Source of the DNA: Sphingomonadaceae bacterium | GTDB taxonomy: Bacteria > Pseudomonadota > Alphaproteobacteria > Sphingomonadales > Sphingomonadaceae | Reading direction: 5' to 3' | Assembly: GCA_947453945.1 (NCBI GenBank) | Contig: CANGJB010000007.1 | Coordinates: forward strand, 4,932 to 68,931 | DNA length: 64,000 bases | Shown: positions 30,798-40,511 of the stretch, piece by piece | Numbering within the stretch: position 1 is the first letter of the stretch | Layout of the letters: each line of letters begins with the position of its first letter | Position numbers and translations under genes: made by a program | The notes under the pieces: generated by a model | What the model was told of the DNA's origin: nothing | Databases searched by the model: none | What the model saw: the letters and a program-made list of their open reading frames with translations, nothing else

Positions 30798-32054
30798 ATG
30801 CATCTCAAGGAACTGAAGAAAAAGACGCCCGCCGAGCTCGTCCAGATGGCCGAGGAACTCGATGTCGAAGGCGCAAGCACACTGCGCCGCCAGGATCTGA
30901 TGTTCGCGATCCTCAAGGAATTGGCAGATGATGGCGAGGAAATCCTCGGCATCGGCACTATCGAAGTGCTGCCCGACGGCTTCGGCTTCCTGCGCAGTCC
31001 GGAAGCCAACTATCTTGCAGGACCGGATGACATCTATGTCTCGCCCAATCAGGTCCGCAAATGGGGTCTGCGCACGGGTGATACCGTAGAAGGCGAAGTT
31101 CGAGCGCCCAAGGATGGCGAGCGTTATTTTGCGATTACCCGCCTGATCAAGGTGAACTTCGACGATCCCGATGCCGTGCGCCACCGGGTGAACTTCGACA
31201 ACCTCACGCCGCTGTACCCGAATGAGCGACTAAGGCTCGATACGCTTGACCCGACCGTCAAGGACAAATCGGCCCGCGTGATCGATCTCGTCAGCCCGCA
31301 GGGCAAAGGCCAGCGTGCACTGATCGTTGCGCCGCCGCGCACCGGCAAGACCGTGCTGCTGCAGAACATGGCCAAGGCCATTACCGACAACCACCCCGAA
31401 GTTTTCCTGATCGTGCTGCTCGTCGACGAGCGGCCCGAGGAAGTCACGGACATGCAGCGCTCGGTAAAGGGCGAAGTTATTTCCTCGACCTTTGACGAGC
31501 CTGCCACGCGCCACGTGCAGGTTGCCGAAATGGTGATCGAAAAAGCCAAGCGGCTCGTGGAGCACAAGCGCGATGTCGTCATCCTGCTCGATTCGATCAC
31601 GCGTCTCGGCCGCGCCTACAACACGGTTGTGCCGAGCTCGGGCAAGGTTCTGACCGGCGGTGTGGATGCCAATGCGTTGCAACGCCCCAAGCGCTTCTTC
31701 GGTGCAGCGCGCAACATCGAGGAAGGCGGCTCGCTTTCGATCATCGCCACTGCGCTGATCGATACCGGCAGCCGCATGGACGAAGTGATTTTCGAAGAGT
31801 TCAAGGGCACCGGCAACTCCGAAATCGTGCTTGACCGCAAGGTGGCCGACAAGCGCATCTTCCCCGCGCTCGACGTGGGCAAGAGCGGCACGCGCAAGGA
31901 GGAACTGCTGGTTCCTTCCGATCAGCTCAGCAAGATGTGGGTGCTGCGCCGCATCCTGATGCAGATGGGCACGATCGATGCGATGGAGTTCCTGCTCGAC
32001 AAGATGAAGAACTCGAAGACCAACGAGGATTTCTTCGCCACGATGAATCAGTAA
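30798..32054 (+). CDS. rho: transcription termination factor Rho
   Basis: [37 protein letters not shown]. Confidence 0.99.
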   Translation: MHLKELKKKTPAELVQMAEELDVEGASTLRRQDLMFAILKELADDGEEILGIGTIEVLPDGFGFLRSPEANYLAGPDDIYVSPNQVRKWGLRTGDTVEGEVRAPKDGERYFAITRLIKVNFDDPDAVRHRVNFDNLTPLYPNERLRLDTLDPTVKDKSARVIDLVSPQGKGQRALIVAPPRTGKTVLLQNMAKAITDNHPEVFLIVLLVDERPEEVTDMQRSVKGEVISSTFDEPATRHVQVAEMVIEKAKRLVEHKRDVVILLDSITRLGRAYNTVVPSSGKVLTGGVDANALQRPKRFFGAARNIEEGGSLSIIATALIDTGSRMDEVIFEEFKGTGNSEIVLDRKVADKRIFPALDVGKSGTRKEELLVPSDQLSKMWVLRRILMQMGTIDAMEFLLDKMKNSKTNEDFFATMNQ

Positions 32055-32067
32055 GGGTTGAGGGCGG

Positions 32068-32451
32068 TCAGCGCTTTTCGAGCGTGGCCGCCATCATCTC
32101 CCACAATTTGTTCATCGCCTTCAACGGGCGGACCATGACCTTGAAATCGACGATCCGGCCTTCGAGATCGAAGTGTATGAGGTCGATCCCATTGACATGA
32201 ATGCCGTCCACCGTGGCGGTGAATTCAAGGCAGACCTCGGGGCCATCAACCAGTTCGCGGACATACGTGAAGCCGGTATCGGCGAAGACCTGCCCGGCGG
32301 CCGAAAGGTACTGCAAAACCTTCGCGTGGCCAGCCTGCGGTGTGTGGACCACGGGCGAGTGGAACACCGCATCGGGCGCAATCAACTCCGCCAGTAGCGC
32401 GGTGTCGCCCGTGTGCATGTAGCGGTGCCAGGCAGCAAGGCCGGTGTGCAT
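32068..32451 (-). CDS. SnoaL/NTF2-like family protein
   Basis: DAVFHSPVVHTPQAG, VNGIDLI, FKVMVRPLKA. Confidence 0.9.
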   Translation of the reverse strand: MHTGLAAWHRYMHTGDTALLAELIAPDAVFHSPVVHTPQAGHAKVLQYLSAAGQVFADTGFTYVRELVDGPEVCLEFTATVDGIHVNGIDLIHFDLEGRIVDFKVMVRPLKAMNKLWEMMAATLEKR

Positions 32452-32543
32452 GGTCTTGTCTCTCCGTATCGTGTCGCAGCCTTGTGGACGCTGAGAGGCG
32501 GCTCGGCATTGATCCAGCGCAGGTTTGCGCTAGTCGTGAGCCC

Positions 32544-33677
32544 ATGACAACCGCCGACACGCCCGAACACCTGATGGCTGAAGGTCTCGTCGCCTTGAGG
32601 GCGCGCGATCCGGCCCGGGCAGCCACACTGCTGCGTGAGGCGAGCTGCGCGCTTGCGGCGGAGCGGATGGCATGGCCAGCGCTCGCCCAGGCCGAGCTGG
32701 CGCTGGGCAATCATGCAGCAGCGGAAGCTGCGCTCGACCAGCAACTCGCAATCTCCGCCCGCGATGTTGGCGCACTCCTGGCGAAGGGGCAGTTGCGCCA
32801 TAATGCGGGCGATGATCGCGCAGCGGTGAGTTTCTACACCACAGCATTGGCTCAGGCGGCAGTAAGTGGGGTGCCGCGTGGCCTCGAAGGCATGGCGGCC
32901 GCGGCACGGGGTTTCATCGGCAAGGCTGAAGGGGCGTTTCGCCGCCATCTCGATGCCATCATGGTGGGCGGGCTATCTCCGACAATGGAGGAAGCACTAG
33001 GGCTGCTCAAGGGTACGCGCCAGATCGATCTGCAGCAGCCTTCGCTCCTTTACTATCCCGGTCTGCCGCAGCGACGGTTTTACGCGCCGGCCGAGTTTGG
33101 CTGGATGCAGGCCGTGCTTGATTGGCTGCCAGAGATGCAGGCCGAGCTTGCTGCGGTGACTGCGGAAGACTTTGCGCCGTATGTGACCGCTTCGGTGGAG
33201 CGGCCGGCACCCAACAATCCGCTGCTCGGCGATCCTTCGTGGGGTGCGTTCTACTTCTGGAAGGATGGCGCGCCGGTGGAGGCAAATGCGGCGCGTTGCC
33301 CCGCCACCATGTCGGCGCTGGCCCATGCGCCAATGCCGATGATTCCCGGTCGCGCGCCCAATGCACTCTGGTCACGCCTCAGGCCCGGCACACATATCGC
33401 CCCGCACACCGGCATGCTCAACACGCGCCTGATCTGCCATGTACCCATCCGCACTGCGCCCCACTGCACGCTGCGCGTGGGCAGCGAAACCCGGACGTGG
33501 GAGCCGGGTGTGCCGCTCATCTTCGACGATTCGATGGAGCACGAAGCGCGCAACGCAGGACTGGAAACGCGTACAGTACTCCTGTTTGAGATCTGGCGGC
33601 CCGAAGTGCCGGAGGCAGACCGCGCCGCCATCGCCCGCCTGCTTGAAGGCATCGCGGGATACGACGGCGCGGCCTGA
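32544..33677 (+). CDS. TPR-like + aspartyl/asparaginyl beta-hydroxylase (2OG-Fe(II)) protein
   Basis: N-terminal helical repeats; SRLRPGTHIAPHTG, RLICHVP, FDDSMEHEARN, VLLFEIWRP. Confidence 0.9.
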   Translation: MTTADTPEHLMAEGLVALRARDPARAATLLREASCALAAERMAWPALAQAELALGNHAAAEAALDQQLAISARDVGALLAKGQLRHNAGDDRAAVSFYTTALAQAAVSGVPRGLEGMAAAARGFIGKAEGAFRRHLDAIMVGGLSPTMEEALGLLKGTRQIDLQQPSLLYYPGLPQRRFYAPAEFGWMQAVLDWLPEMQAELAAVTAEDFAPYVTASVERPAPNNPLLGDPSWGAFYFWKDGAPVEANAARCPATMSALAHAPMPMIPGRAPNALWSRLRPGTHIAPHTGMLNTRLICHVPIRTAPHCTLRVGSETRTWEPGVPLIFDDSMEHEARNAGLETRTVLLFEIWRPEVPEADRAAIARLLEGIAGYDGAA

Positions 33678-33684
33678 GCTCCGC

Positions 33685-34383
33685 TCAGGTAAGGTGCGCC
33701 TTGAAGAAATCGCGGGTGCGTTCATCCGCCAGCGCCGCGCCGGCCTCATCCCGGCGCGAGCCCATTTCAGCAGCAAAGCCGTGATCGAGCCCGACATAAT
33801 CGTTCAGCACGACTTTGGGATGCGAATCCAGCGCGCCGTGGATGGCGGCCTGCGCGTCTGGCCCCACGAAATGGTCTGCCGTCGGGATATGGAGCATGAG
33901 CGGGTTTGCAATTCCATGCGCTTCACCCAGCATCTGGTCGATCATCACACCGTAGTAGCCCACCGAGGCATCGATATCGGTGCGCGCCGCTGCCATATAG
34001 GCCATGCGCCCGCCAAGGCAGAAGCCAACCAGGCCGACTTTGTCCACGGCCTGTTCGTGGCGCATCCAGCGTATCGCGGCTTCGATATCCTGGACGCCGA
34101 GATCGGGATTGTATTGGCCAAAGTAGCCCAGTGCCTGCTGGAATTGCTCCGGCACATCGGGATCCAGTTCTGCACCGGGCGCAAAACGCCAGAAGATGTC
34201 AGGGGCGAGCGCGACGTAGCCAAGCGCGGCCCAATCGTCGCACTTCTTGCGGATTCCCGCGTTCACCCCGAAGATTTCCGGAATGACGATGATCGCGGCC
34301 TCGGTCTGATCGTCCGGCGTGGCGATATAGACGGGAATCTCTCCCTGCCCGTCATATGCGGCGATCGTCGTCATCTCACCCAT
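33685..34383 (-). CDS. dienelactone hydrolase family protein
   Basis: EIFGVN, GFCLGG nucleophile, YYG, DHGF. Confidence 0.95.
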   Translation of the reverse strand: MGEMTTIAAYDGQGEIPVYIATPDDQTEAAIIVIPEIFGVNAGIRKKCDDWAALGYVALAPDIFWRFAPGAELDPDVPEQFQQALGYFGQYNPDLGVQDIEAAIRWMRHEQAVDKVGLVGFCLGGRMAYMAAARTDIDASVGYYGVMIDQMLGEAHGIANPLMLHIPTADHFVGPDAQAAIHGALDSHPKVVLNDYVGLDHGFAAEMGSRRDEAGAALADERTRDFFKAHLT

Positions 34384-34492
34384 GGTGCTCGTCCTTCTGG
34401 CATGGCGATTGGTCGATCGGTGTTAAGCTGCCAGCGTAGACTTTGCCAAGCGTGCATGACAGTGTTGCTGCGGTAGAGTGAGAGGTGCGCCC

Positions 34493-34768
34493 ATGAAGGT
34501 GAATGTCGAGGTCGAGTGCACGCCCGAAGAGGCGCGCCGCTTTCTGGGTCTGCCCGATGTGACCCGGGCCAACGACGTCTATGTCGATGCCATTGCCAAG
34601 GCGATGCAGGGCATGAACAGCGTTGACCAGCTCCAGGGCTTCGCCAAGCAAATCGCTCCGATGGGCGAGATGGGGCTAAAGCTGTTCCAGCAGTTTGTGG
34701 AACAGGGTGCAGGCGCGGCGATGGCCGGGTTCAAGGCTGGCGCTGCTGGCGAGAAGCCCAAGCCCTGA
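34493..34768 (+). CDS. DUF6489 family small protein
   Basis: MKVNVEVECTPEEARRFLGLPDV. Confidence 0.85.
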   Translation: MKVNVEVECTPEEARRFLGLPDVTRANDVYVDAIAKAMQGMNSVDQLQGFAKQIAPMGEMGLKLFQQFVEQGAGAAMAGFKAGAAGEKPKP

Positions 34769-34781
34769 GCGAACCGCGCGT

Positions 34782-36077
34782 GTGACCGATACCATTTTTG
34801 CGCTTTCCTCCGGCGCGCCGCCTGCCGCCATCGCGGTGATCCGCGTGAGTGGCCCACAAGCGGGGCCCGCGCTGATTCGGCTCGCTGGAAAGCTGCCACC
34901 GCCGCGCCGCGCGGTGCTCGCGGTGCTGCGCGATGATGATGGCATTGCGCTGGATCAGACCATGGTGCTCTGGCTGCCTGGGCCGGGCACCGCGACGGGT
35001 GAAGACTGCGCCGAACTGCACCTGCACGGCGGCCGGGCGGTGGTGGCGGCGATCGAGGGCGCGCTTGCGGCCATGCCGGGCCTCCGTCGCGCTGAGGCAG
35101 GGGAGTTTACCCATCGTTCCTTTGCCAATGGGCGCATTGATCTGGCCGAAGCCGAGGGGCTGGCGGATTTGCTTTCCGCCGAAACCGAGCTTCAGCGCCG
35201 GTCAGCGATGGTCATGGCCGAAGGGGCGCTTTCGAGGCAGGTGGCGCAGTGGCGCTCAGGGGTTCTGGCCTTGTCGGCTTCGGTCGAAGCGGCGCTCGAT
35301 TTTGCCGGGGATGACGATATCGATGACGCGGGTGGCGGGCTTCCCGACGGGTTTTCCGCCGCGAGCGCCGCACTGGCGCAGGAGCTGGCGACTTGGCTAG
35401 CTCGTCCCCGTGCAGAGCCACTGAGGGAGGGTTTCCGAGTTGTGCTGGCAGGGCCACCCAATGCCGGAAAATCCACTTTGTTCAATGCCTTGGTTGAGGA
35501 TGAGGCGGCCATTACAGCGCCAGAACCCGGCACTACACGCGATGTTCTGATACGTGCCGTGGCGCTGGGCGGTGTACCGTTCACGTTTGTCGACACGGCG
35601 GGGCTCCGCGATGAGGGGGCTGGGGCTATCGAGCAGATCGGCATTGCCCGCGCTCGGGCCGAGGCTGAGCGCGCGGACCTTGTGCTGTGGCTCGGGCCAG
35701 AGGGGCAGGGCCCCCGCAATCGGACCGTGTGGGAGCTGGCGGCGCAATGCGACCGTGTTGACCTTCCTGCCAAGCAGGATGCGCAGTTTCGCCTTTCGGC
35801 CCGGACCGGTGAGGGGCTGGATGCCTTGCGCGCCGGGCTGGTTGATTGCGCGCGATCTGCGCTTCCAGGGCCGGGTGAGGTGGCGCTGAATGCTCGGCAG
35901 CATGGGCTTGTGGCCGAGGTGGCTGTGGGAGTGCATGAGGCGGCGGGTTGCACTGATCCGCTGCTGGCGGCTGAGAACCTTCGGCTGGCGCGTGCGGCGC
36001 TCGACCGGCTTGTTGGACGCGCGGGAACCGAGGATATGCTCGACGCATTGTTTGGGCGGTTCTGCATCGGTAAGTGA
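34782..36077 (+). CDS. mnmE: tRNA modification GTPase MnmE
   Basis: DTIFALSSG, TGED..ELHLHGG, GPPNAGKS, GTTRD, DTAGLR, C-terminal FCIGK. Confidence 0.97.
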   Translation: MTDTIFALSSGAPPAAIAVIRVSGPQAGPALIRLAGKLPPPRRAVLAVLRDDDGIALDQTMVLWLPGPGTATGEDCAELHLHGGRAVVAAIEGALAAMPGLRRAEAGEFTHRSFANGRIDLAEAEGLADLLSAETELQRRSAMVMAEGALSRQVAQWRSGVLALSASVEAALDFAGDDDIDDAGGGLPDGFSAASAALAQELATWLARPRAEPLREGFRVVLAGPPNAGKSTLFNALVEDEAAITAPEPGTTRDVLIRAVALGGVPFTFVDTAGLRDEGAGAIEQIGIARARAEAERADLVLWLGPEGQGPRNRTVWELAAQCDRVDLPAKQDAQFRLSARTGEGLDALRAGLVDCARSALPGPGEVALNARQHGLVAEVAVGVHEAAGCTDPLLAAENLRLARAALDRLVGRAGTEDMLDALFGRFCIGK

Positions 36078-36093
36078 TGTTCCACGTGGAACA
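36078..36093. promoter_or_regulatory. parS: parS site 1
   Basis: Perfect palindrome TGTTCCACGTGGAACA immediately after the mnmE stop. Confidence 0.95.
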
Positions 36094-36151
36094 CTGACGT
36101 TGGATCGCGGCTAACTTTGACGCGGTGGCGCGAATCGCATATCGCGGCTCC

Positions 36152-37999
36152 ATGCATCGGTTCGATATCATCGTGGTCGGCGGCGGACACGCTGGCGTCG
36201 AGGCGGCTGCGGTCGCTGCGCGGATGGGTGCGCGCACCGCGCTGGTGAGTTTCGATCCGGCGATGATCGGCGCCATGTCATGCAATCCGGCGATTGGCGG
36301 CTTGGGGAAGGGTCATCTCGTCCGTGAGGTCGATGCCTTTGACGGGTTGATTGCGCGTGCGGCAGATGAGGCGGCGATCCACTACCGTATGCTTAACCGC
36401 AGCAAGGGCAGCGCTGTCCAAGGCCCCCGCGTGCAGGCGGATCGGAAGCGGTTTCATGCGGCCATCCAGCGGATGGTGGAAGGGCAGGCTGGTCTGACGG
36501 TGGTCGCTGGCGAAGTCGCCGCGCTGCGCATGACAGGTGGGGTTGTTAGCGGGGTTGATCTGGCGGACGGGACTTCGCTTGAGGCACGCGCCGTTGTGCT
36601 ATGCACGGGCACGTTTCTTGGCGGGCGGCTGTTTCGCGGCGAGGAACGGATGGAGGGCGGGCGGATCGGTGAGAACGCCGCGCATCGGCTTGCGGCTCAG
36701 TTGCGCGGCGCCGGCCTGCCTATGGCGCGGCTCAAGACCGGGACGCCGCCACGGCTCGACGGGCGAACCATCGACTGGTCACGCCTGCCGGTGCAACCGA
36801 GTGATCCTGAACCGTGGACGATGTCGGCCCTGACGAAAGAGCGGCTGCTGCCGCAGGTGTTCTGCGCCATCGTTCGCACCAACGCGCAGACGCATGACAT
36901 CATACGCGGGGGATTGGACCGCTCACCCTTGTTCAGTGGAGCGATCGACGCGCAGGGACCGCGCTATTGTCCCTCGATCGAGGACAAGATCCATCGCTTC
37001 GGCGATCGCGACGGGCATCAGGTCTTTCTTGAGCCCGAGGGGCTGGAGACCCATGCGATCTATCCCAATGGCGTTTCGACGTCGCTGCCGACCGATGTGC
37101 AGATTGCGATGATGCGCTCGATGGATGGTCTGGAAGCGGTTGAGATTCTCGTCCCGGGCTACGCGGTCGAGTATGACCACATTGATCCGCGCGCCCTTCG
37201 GCGCAGCCTTGAGCTCCGGAATATGCCTGGGCTCTATTGTGCCGGCCAGATCAATGGGACGACTGGTTATGAGGAAGCAGCGGCACAGGGCCTCATCGCT
37301 GGCATGCACGCCGCTGCGGCCGTGCTGGGCAGTGAAGCTCCTGCGCTTGATCGGGCTTCAAGTTACATGGCGGTGATGGTGGATGATCTCACCCTCCACG
37401 GCGTGACGGAACCCTATCGCATGCTGACCGCAAGAGCCGAGTATCGGCTTCGGCTGCGGGCGAACAATGCCTCGACCCGGCTGACGCCCATGGCGCTCGA
37501 GGCAGGTTGCATCGGCGTTGAACGCGCGGCGTGGTTCTCGCGACGGCAGGAAGTACGGGCGCGGGCTGAGGCTGCTTTGTCGCAAGAAGCCTTGCCGAGC
37601 GAGCTCAATGCCGTTGGCGTCATGGTGCGCGCCGATGGCGTGCGTCGGTCCTTGGCGGAGTGGTTGCGATTCCCTGAAGTGGCGTTTCCAGACTTGGCAC
37701 CGTGGTTGGGTGAGGCGATGCCTTATGCGGACCTTGCCGAAGAGATGGCGGAGGATGCCGCCTACGCGCCTTATCTGGCCCGGCAGGAAGCAGAGCTGCG
37801 GCAGTTGCGGGCGAGCGACGGCGTGCCGCTCGGCGATCGATTCCCGTATGCCGATGTCCCGGGCCTCTCGCGCGAAATGGTTGAGCGTCTGGAGCGGGCG
37901 CAACCTGACACTCTGGCGGCCGCGGGACGCGTGCCGGGGATCACACCAGCGGCATTGGCCAGCTTGCTCGTGGCAGCACGACGGCGAGTTGCTGCATGA
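36152..37999 (+). CDS. mnmG: tRNA uridine 5-carboxymethylaminomethyl modification enzyme MnmG (GidA)
   Basis: [56 protein letters not shown]. Confidence 0.98.
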   Translation: MHRFDIIVVGGGHAGVEAAAVAARMGARTALVSFDPAMIGAMSCNPAIGGLGKGHLVREVDAFDGLIARAADEAAIHYRMLNRSKGSAVQGPRVQADRKRFHAAIQRMVEGQAGLTVVAGEVAALRMTGGVVSGVDLADGTSLEARAVVLCTGTFLGGRLFRGEERMEGGRIGENAAHRLAAQLRGAGLPMARLKTGTPPRLDGRTIDWSRLPVQPSDPEPWTMSALTKERLLPQVFCAIVRTNAQTHDIIRGGLDRSPLFSGAIDAQGPRYCPSIEDKIHRFGDRDGHQVFLEPEGLETHAIYPNGVSTSLPTDVQIAMMRSMDGLEAVEILVPGYAVEYDHIDPRALRRSLELRNMPGLYCAGQINGTTGYEEAAAQGLIAGMHAAAAVLGSEAPALDRASSYMAVMVDDLTLHGVTEPYRMLTARAEYRLRLRANNASTRLTPMALEAGCIGVERAAWFSRRQEVRARAEAALSQEALPSELNAVGVMVRADGVRRSLAEWLRFPEVAFPDLAPWLGEAMPYADLAEEMAEDAAYAPYLARQEAELRQLRASDGVPLGDRFPYADVPGLSREMVERLERAQPDTLAAAGRVPGITPAALASLLVAARRRVAA

Positions 38000-38667
38000 T
38001 GTTATATAATGAAGATAGCGCGCGGGCTTGGCTGGCAGAGCGCTACGGCGAAGCCATGTCGCGTCTTGAGGTACTGGTTGCTGCACTGGCCGAAGAGAAC
38101 GCGCGGCAAAATCTCGTTTCGCGCCCGTCGTTGGAAGCGGTCTGGCAGCGGCATATCCTAGACAGCGCACAGTTGCTGCATGTTTCACGTGAAACAGTGC
38201 CGCACGGGGCGTGGCTCGATCTCGGCAGCGGTGCAGGGTTCCCTGGTTTGGTGATCGCGGCGATTGAGCCAAATCGTCCGGTAACACTTGTAGATTCCCG
38301 GCGATTACGCACTGATTGGCTTGCGCGCGCGGCGAGCCAGCTGGGGTTGACCAATGTCGAGGTCATTTTGTCGCGTGTGGAAGACCTGCCCGAGCGATAC
38401 TGGCAGGTGATCTCCGCGCGCGCTTTTGCACCGCTGGATCGCCTCCTTGATGTGGCTGCGCGATTTTCCACATCGGAGACGCTTTGGTTGTTGCCGAAGG
38501 GGGCCAAGGCGCAGCATGAACGAGATGCGCTTTGTGCGGATTGGAATCACATGTTCCACGTGGAACAATCATTGACCGACCCGGCCGCCGGTATCATCGT
38601 CGGCCATCTGCACAGGCGCGCCGAAAAAGCTGCATCACCGACGCGTAAACGAGGTTCCAGCCGATGA
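37996..38667 (+). CDS. rsmG: 16S rRNA m7G527 methyltransferase RsmG (GidB)
   Basis: [29 protein letters not shown]. Confidence 0.96.
   Translation: MMLYNEDSARAWLAERYGEAMSRLEVLVAALAEENARQNLVSRPSLEAVWQRHILDSAQLLHVSRETVPHGAWLDLGSGAGFPGLVIAAIEPNRPVTLVDSRRLRTDWLARAASQLGLTNVEVILSRVEDLPERYWQVISARAFAPLDRLLDVAARFSTSETLWLLPKGAKAQHERDALCADWNHMFHVEQSLTDPAAGIIVGHLHRRAEKAASPTRKRGSSR
38181..38196. promoter_or_regulatory. parS: parS site 2 (within rsmG)
   Basis: Consensus TGTTTCACGTGAAACA, encoding HVSRET. Confidence 0.95.
38552..38567. promoter_or_regulatory. parS: parS site 3 (within rsmG)
   Basis: TGTTCCACGTGGAACA, encoding MFHVEQ. Confidence 0.93.
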
Positions 38668-39440
38668 TCACGATAGCCGTCGCGAACCAGAAGGGCGGGG
38701 TGGGCAAAACCACCACTGCGATCAACGTTGCCACTGCGCTGGCCGCAACCGGGTGGAAAGTGTTGCTGATCGATCTCGATCCGCAAGGCAATGCCTCAAC
38801 AGGGATTGGTGTTTCGGCGGCAGAGCGGGCGCGGTCTTCGTATGACCTGCTGATCGAGCAGGCGAGCGTCGAATCATGTTTGATCCCCACGCGGATCCCT
38901 GGGCTCGATCTGATCCCCGCGACCGTGGATCTCTCGGGTGCCGAAGTTGAACTGGTCAGCCAGCTTGACCGCACCGGCAAGCTGAGGACGGCTTTGGCAG
39001 AAGATGCGGGGCACGACATCTGCCTGATTGATTGTCCGCCTTCGCTAGGGTTGCTCACGCTCAATGCGATGACAGCGGCAGATTCCATGCTCGTCCCGCT
39101 GCAATGCGAATTCTTCGCGTTGGAGGGGCTTAGCCAGCTTCTGCAGACCATCGAGCGTGTGCAGGAGCGTTTCAATCCATCGCTTGGTATCCTTGGTATC
39201 GTGCTGACGATGTATGATCGGCGGAACCGATTGACTGATCAGGTGGCAGACGATGTTCGCTCGTGTTTGCACGGGCTCGTGTTTGAATCCGTCATTCCGC
39301 GCAATGTGCGGCTTTCGGAAGCGCCGAGCCACGGGCTGCCGGCGCTGATCTACGACCACGCCTGCGCCGGGTCGCAGGCTTATATGAAGTTGGCGCGCGA
39401 GCTGATCGGCCGCCTGCCGGAACGAAGGAAAGCGGCATGA
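38664..39440 (+). CDS. parA: chromosome partitioning ATPase ParA
   Basis: NQKGGVGKTT, DLDPQGNA, IDCPPSLG, QCEFFALEG, RNVRLSEAPSHG. Confidence 0.98.
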   Translation: MITIAVANQKGGVGKTTTAINVATALAATGWKVLLIDLDPQGNASTGIGVSAAERARSSYDLLIEQASVESCLIPTRIPGLDLIPATVDLSGAEVELVSQLDRTGKLRTALAEDAGHDICLIDCPPSLGLLTLNAMTAADSMLVPLQCEFFALEGLSQLLQTIERVQERFNPSLGILGIVLTMYDRRNRLTDQVADDVRSCLHGLVFESVIPRNVRLSEAPSHGLPALIYDHACAGSQAYMKLARELIGRLPERRKAA

Positions 39441-40396
39441 GCGGCCCAACCGACGGCGGTGCGGACGGCACGGTGGTCAAAGCAGCGAAGCGGCCAGCGC
39501 TGGGGCGGGGCCTTGGTGCATTGCTTGGTGAAACGCGGCGCGAGGAAGCGGTTTCGCGCATCTCGGTTTCAGCGCCAGACGATGGCGTAGCGCGCCAAAG
39601 CGGGCTTGCGATGCTCACCGTGGCTTCGATCGAGCCACATCCCGAGCAGCCGCGGCGTCATTTTGATGAGGATGCGCTTGAGGATCTGGCGCGGTCGATT
39701 GCAGCGCGTGGGGTGATCCAGCCGCTGGTCGTGCGGCCCCTGGGGGGCGGACGCTATCAGCTTGTGGCAGGTGAGCGTCGCTGGAGGGCCGCGCAGCGGG
39801 CGCGGCTGCACGCAGTTCCAGCAATCGTCCGTCAGCTTGATGACCGGGAGGTCACCGCGCTCGCGCTGATTGAAAATCTCCAGCGCGAGGATCTCAATCC
39901 CATCGAGGAGGCGAGGGCCTATCAGCGCCTATCCGAGCAGGACGGCCTGACGCAGCAGGAAATCGCGACTTTTGTCGACAAGTCGCGCAGCCATGTCGCC
40001 AATTTGATGCGCTTGCTTGTGCTGCCCGCGGAAGTTCTGGATCTTGTCGAAACAGGCGCGCTTTCGATGGGTCATGCGCGGGCTCTTGCAGTGCTGCCCG
40101 ATCCCGTGCCGTTGGCGCGCGAAACTGCGGCCAAGGGCTTTTCTGTCCGCGACGTCGAGCGGTTGGCGAAGCGCGCGATGCGGCCCGATGCGGCCCCACG
40201 TCGTGCGCGGGCTGAGCGCGATCCGGCGAGCTCGGCGGATATCGCCGCGGTGCAGGCCCATCTTGAGGAGTTCCTCGGGCTCAAGGTATCGATCCAGGCC
40301 GATGCCGACCCGCGGACGGGTTCGGTGACGATCCGGTACAAGACGCTCGATCAGCTTGATCTGATTTGCCAGCGCCTCACCGGCGGAGCGATCTGA
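39437..40396 (+). CDS. parB: chromosome partitioning protein ParB
   Basis: LGRGLGALL, QPRRHF, AGERRWRA, IENLQREDL, HTH KSRSHVANLMRLL. Confidence 0.98.
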   Translation: MSGPTDGGADGTVVKAAKRPALGRGLGALLGETRREEAVSRISVSAPDDGVARQSGLAMLTVASIEPHPEQPRRHFDEDALEDLARSIAARGVIQPLVVRPLGGGRYQLVAGERRWRAAQRARLHAVPAIVRQLDDREVTALALIENLQREDLNPIEEARAYQRLSEQDGLTQQEIATFVDKSRSHVANLMRLLVLPAEVLDLVETGALSMGHARALAVLPDPVPLARETAAKGFSVRDVERLAKRAMRPDAAPRRARAERDPASSADIAAVQAHLEEFLGLKVSIQADADPRTGSVTIRYKTLDQLDLICQRLTGGAI

Positions 40397-40424
40397 CGAC
40401 CACTTGCCCCGAAGGACCGGCGTC

Positions 40425-40440
40425 TTAATCGGTCGATTAA
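40425..40440. promoter_or_regulatory. palindromic operator upstream of acyl-CoA dehydrogenase
   Basis: TTAATCG-GT-CGATTAA just upstream of a TTGACC...CTATCT promoter. Confidence 0.6.
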
Positions 40441-40511
40441 TTTCGATTGACCGGGCGGGCTCGGTTTGCCTATCTCTTAAGGCGAAAAAGACCTGAACCG
40501 GAGAGCTTGCC

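Noticed and set aside
40425-40440. CtrA box
   Set aside because: Spacing is TTAA-N8-TTAA and fully palindromic, not TTAA-N7-TTAA.
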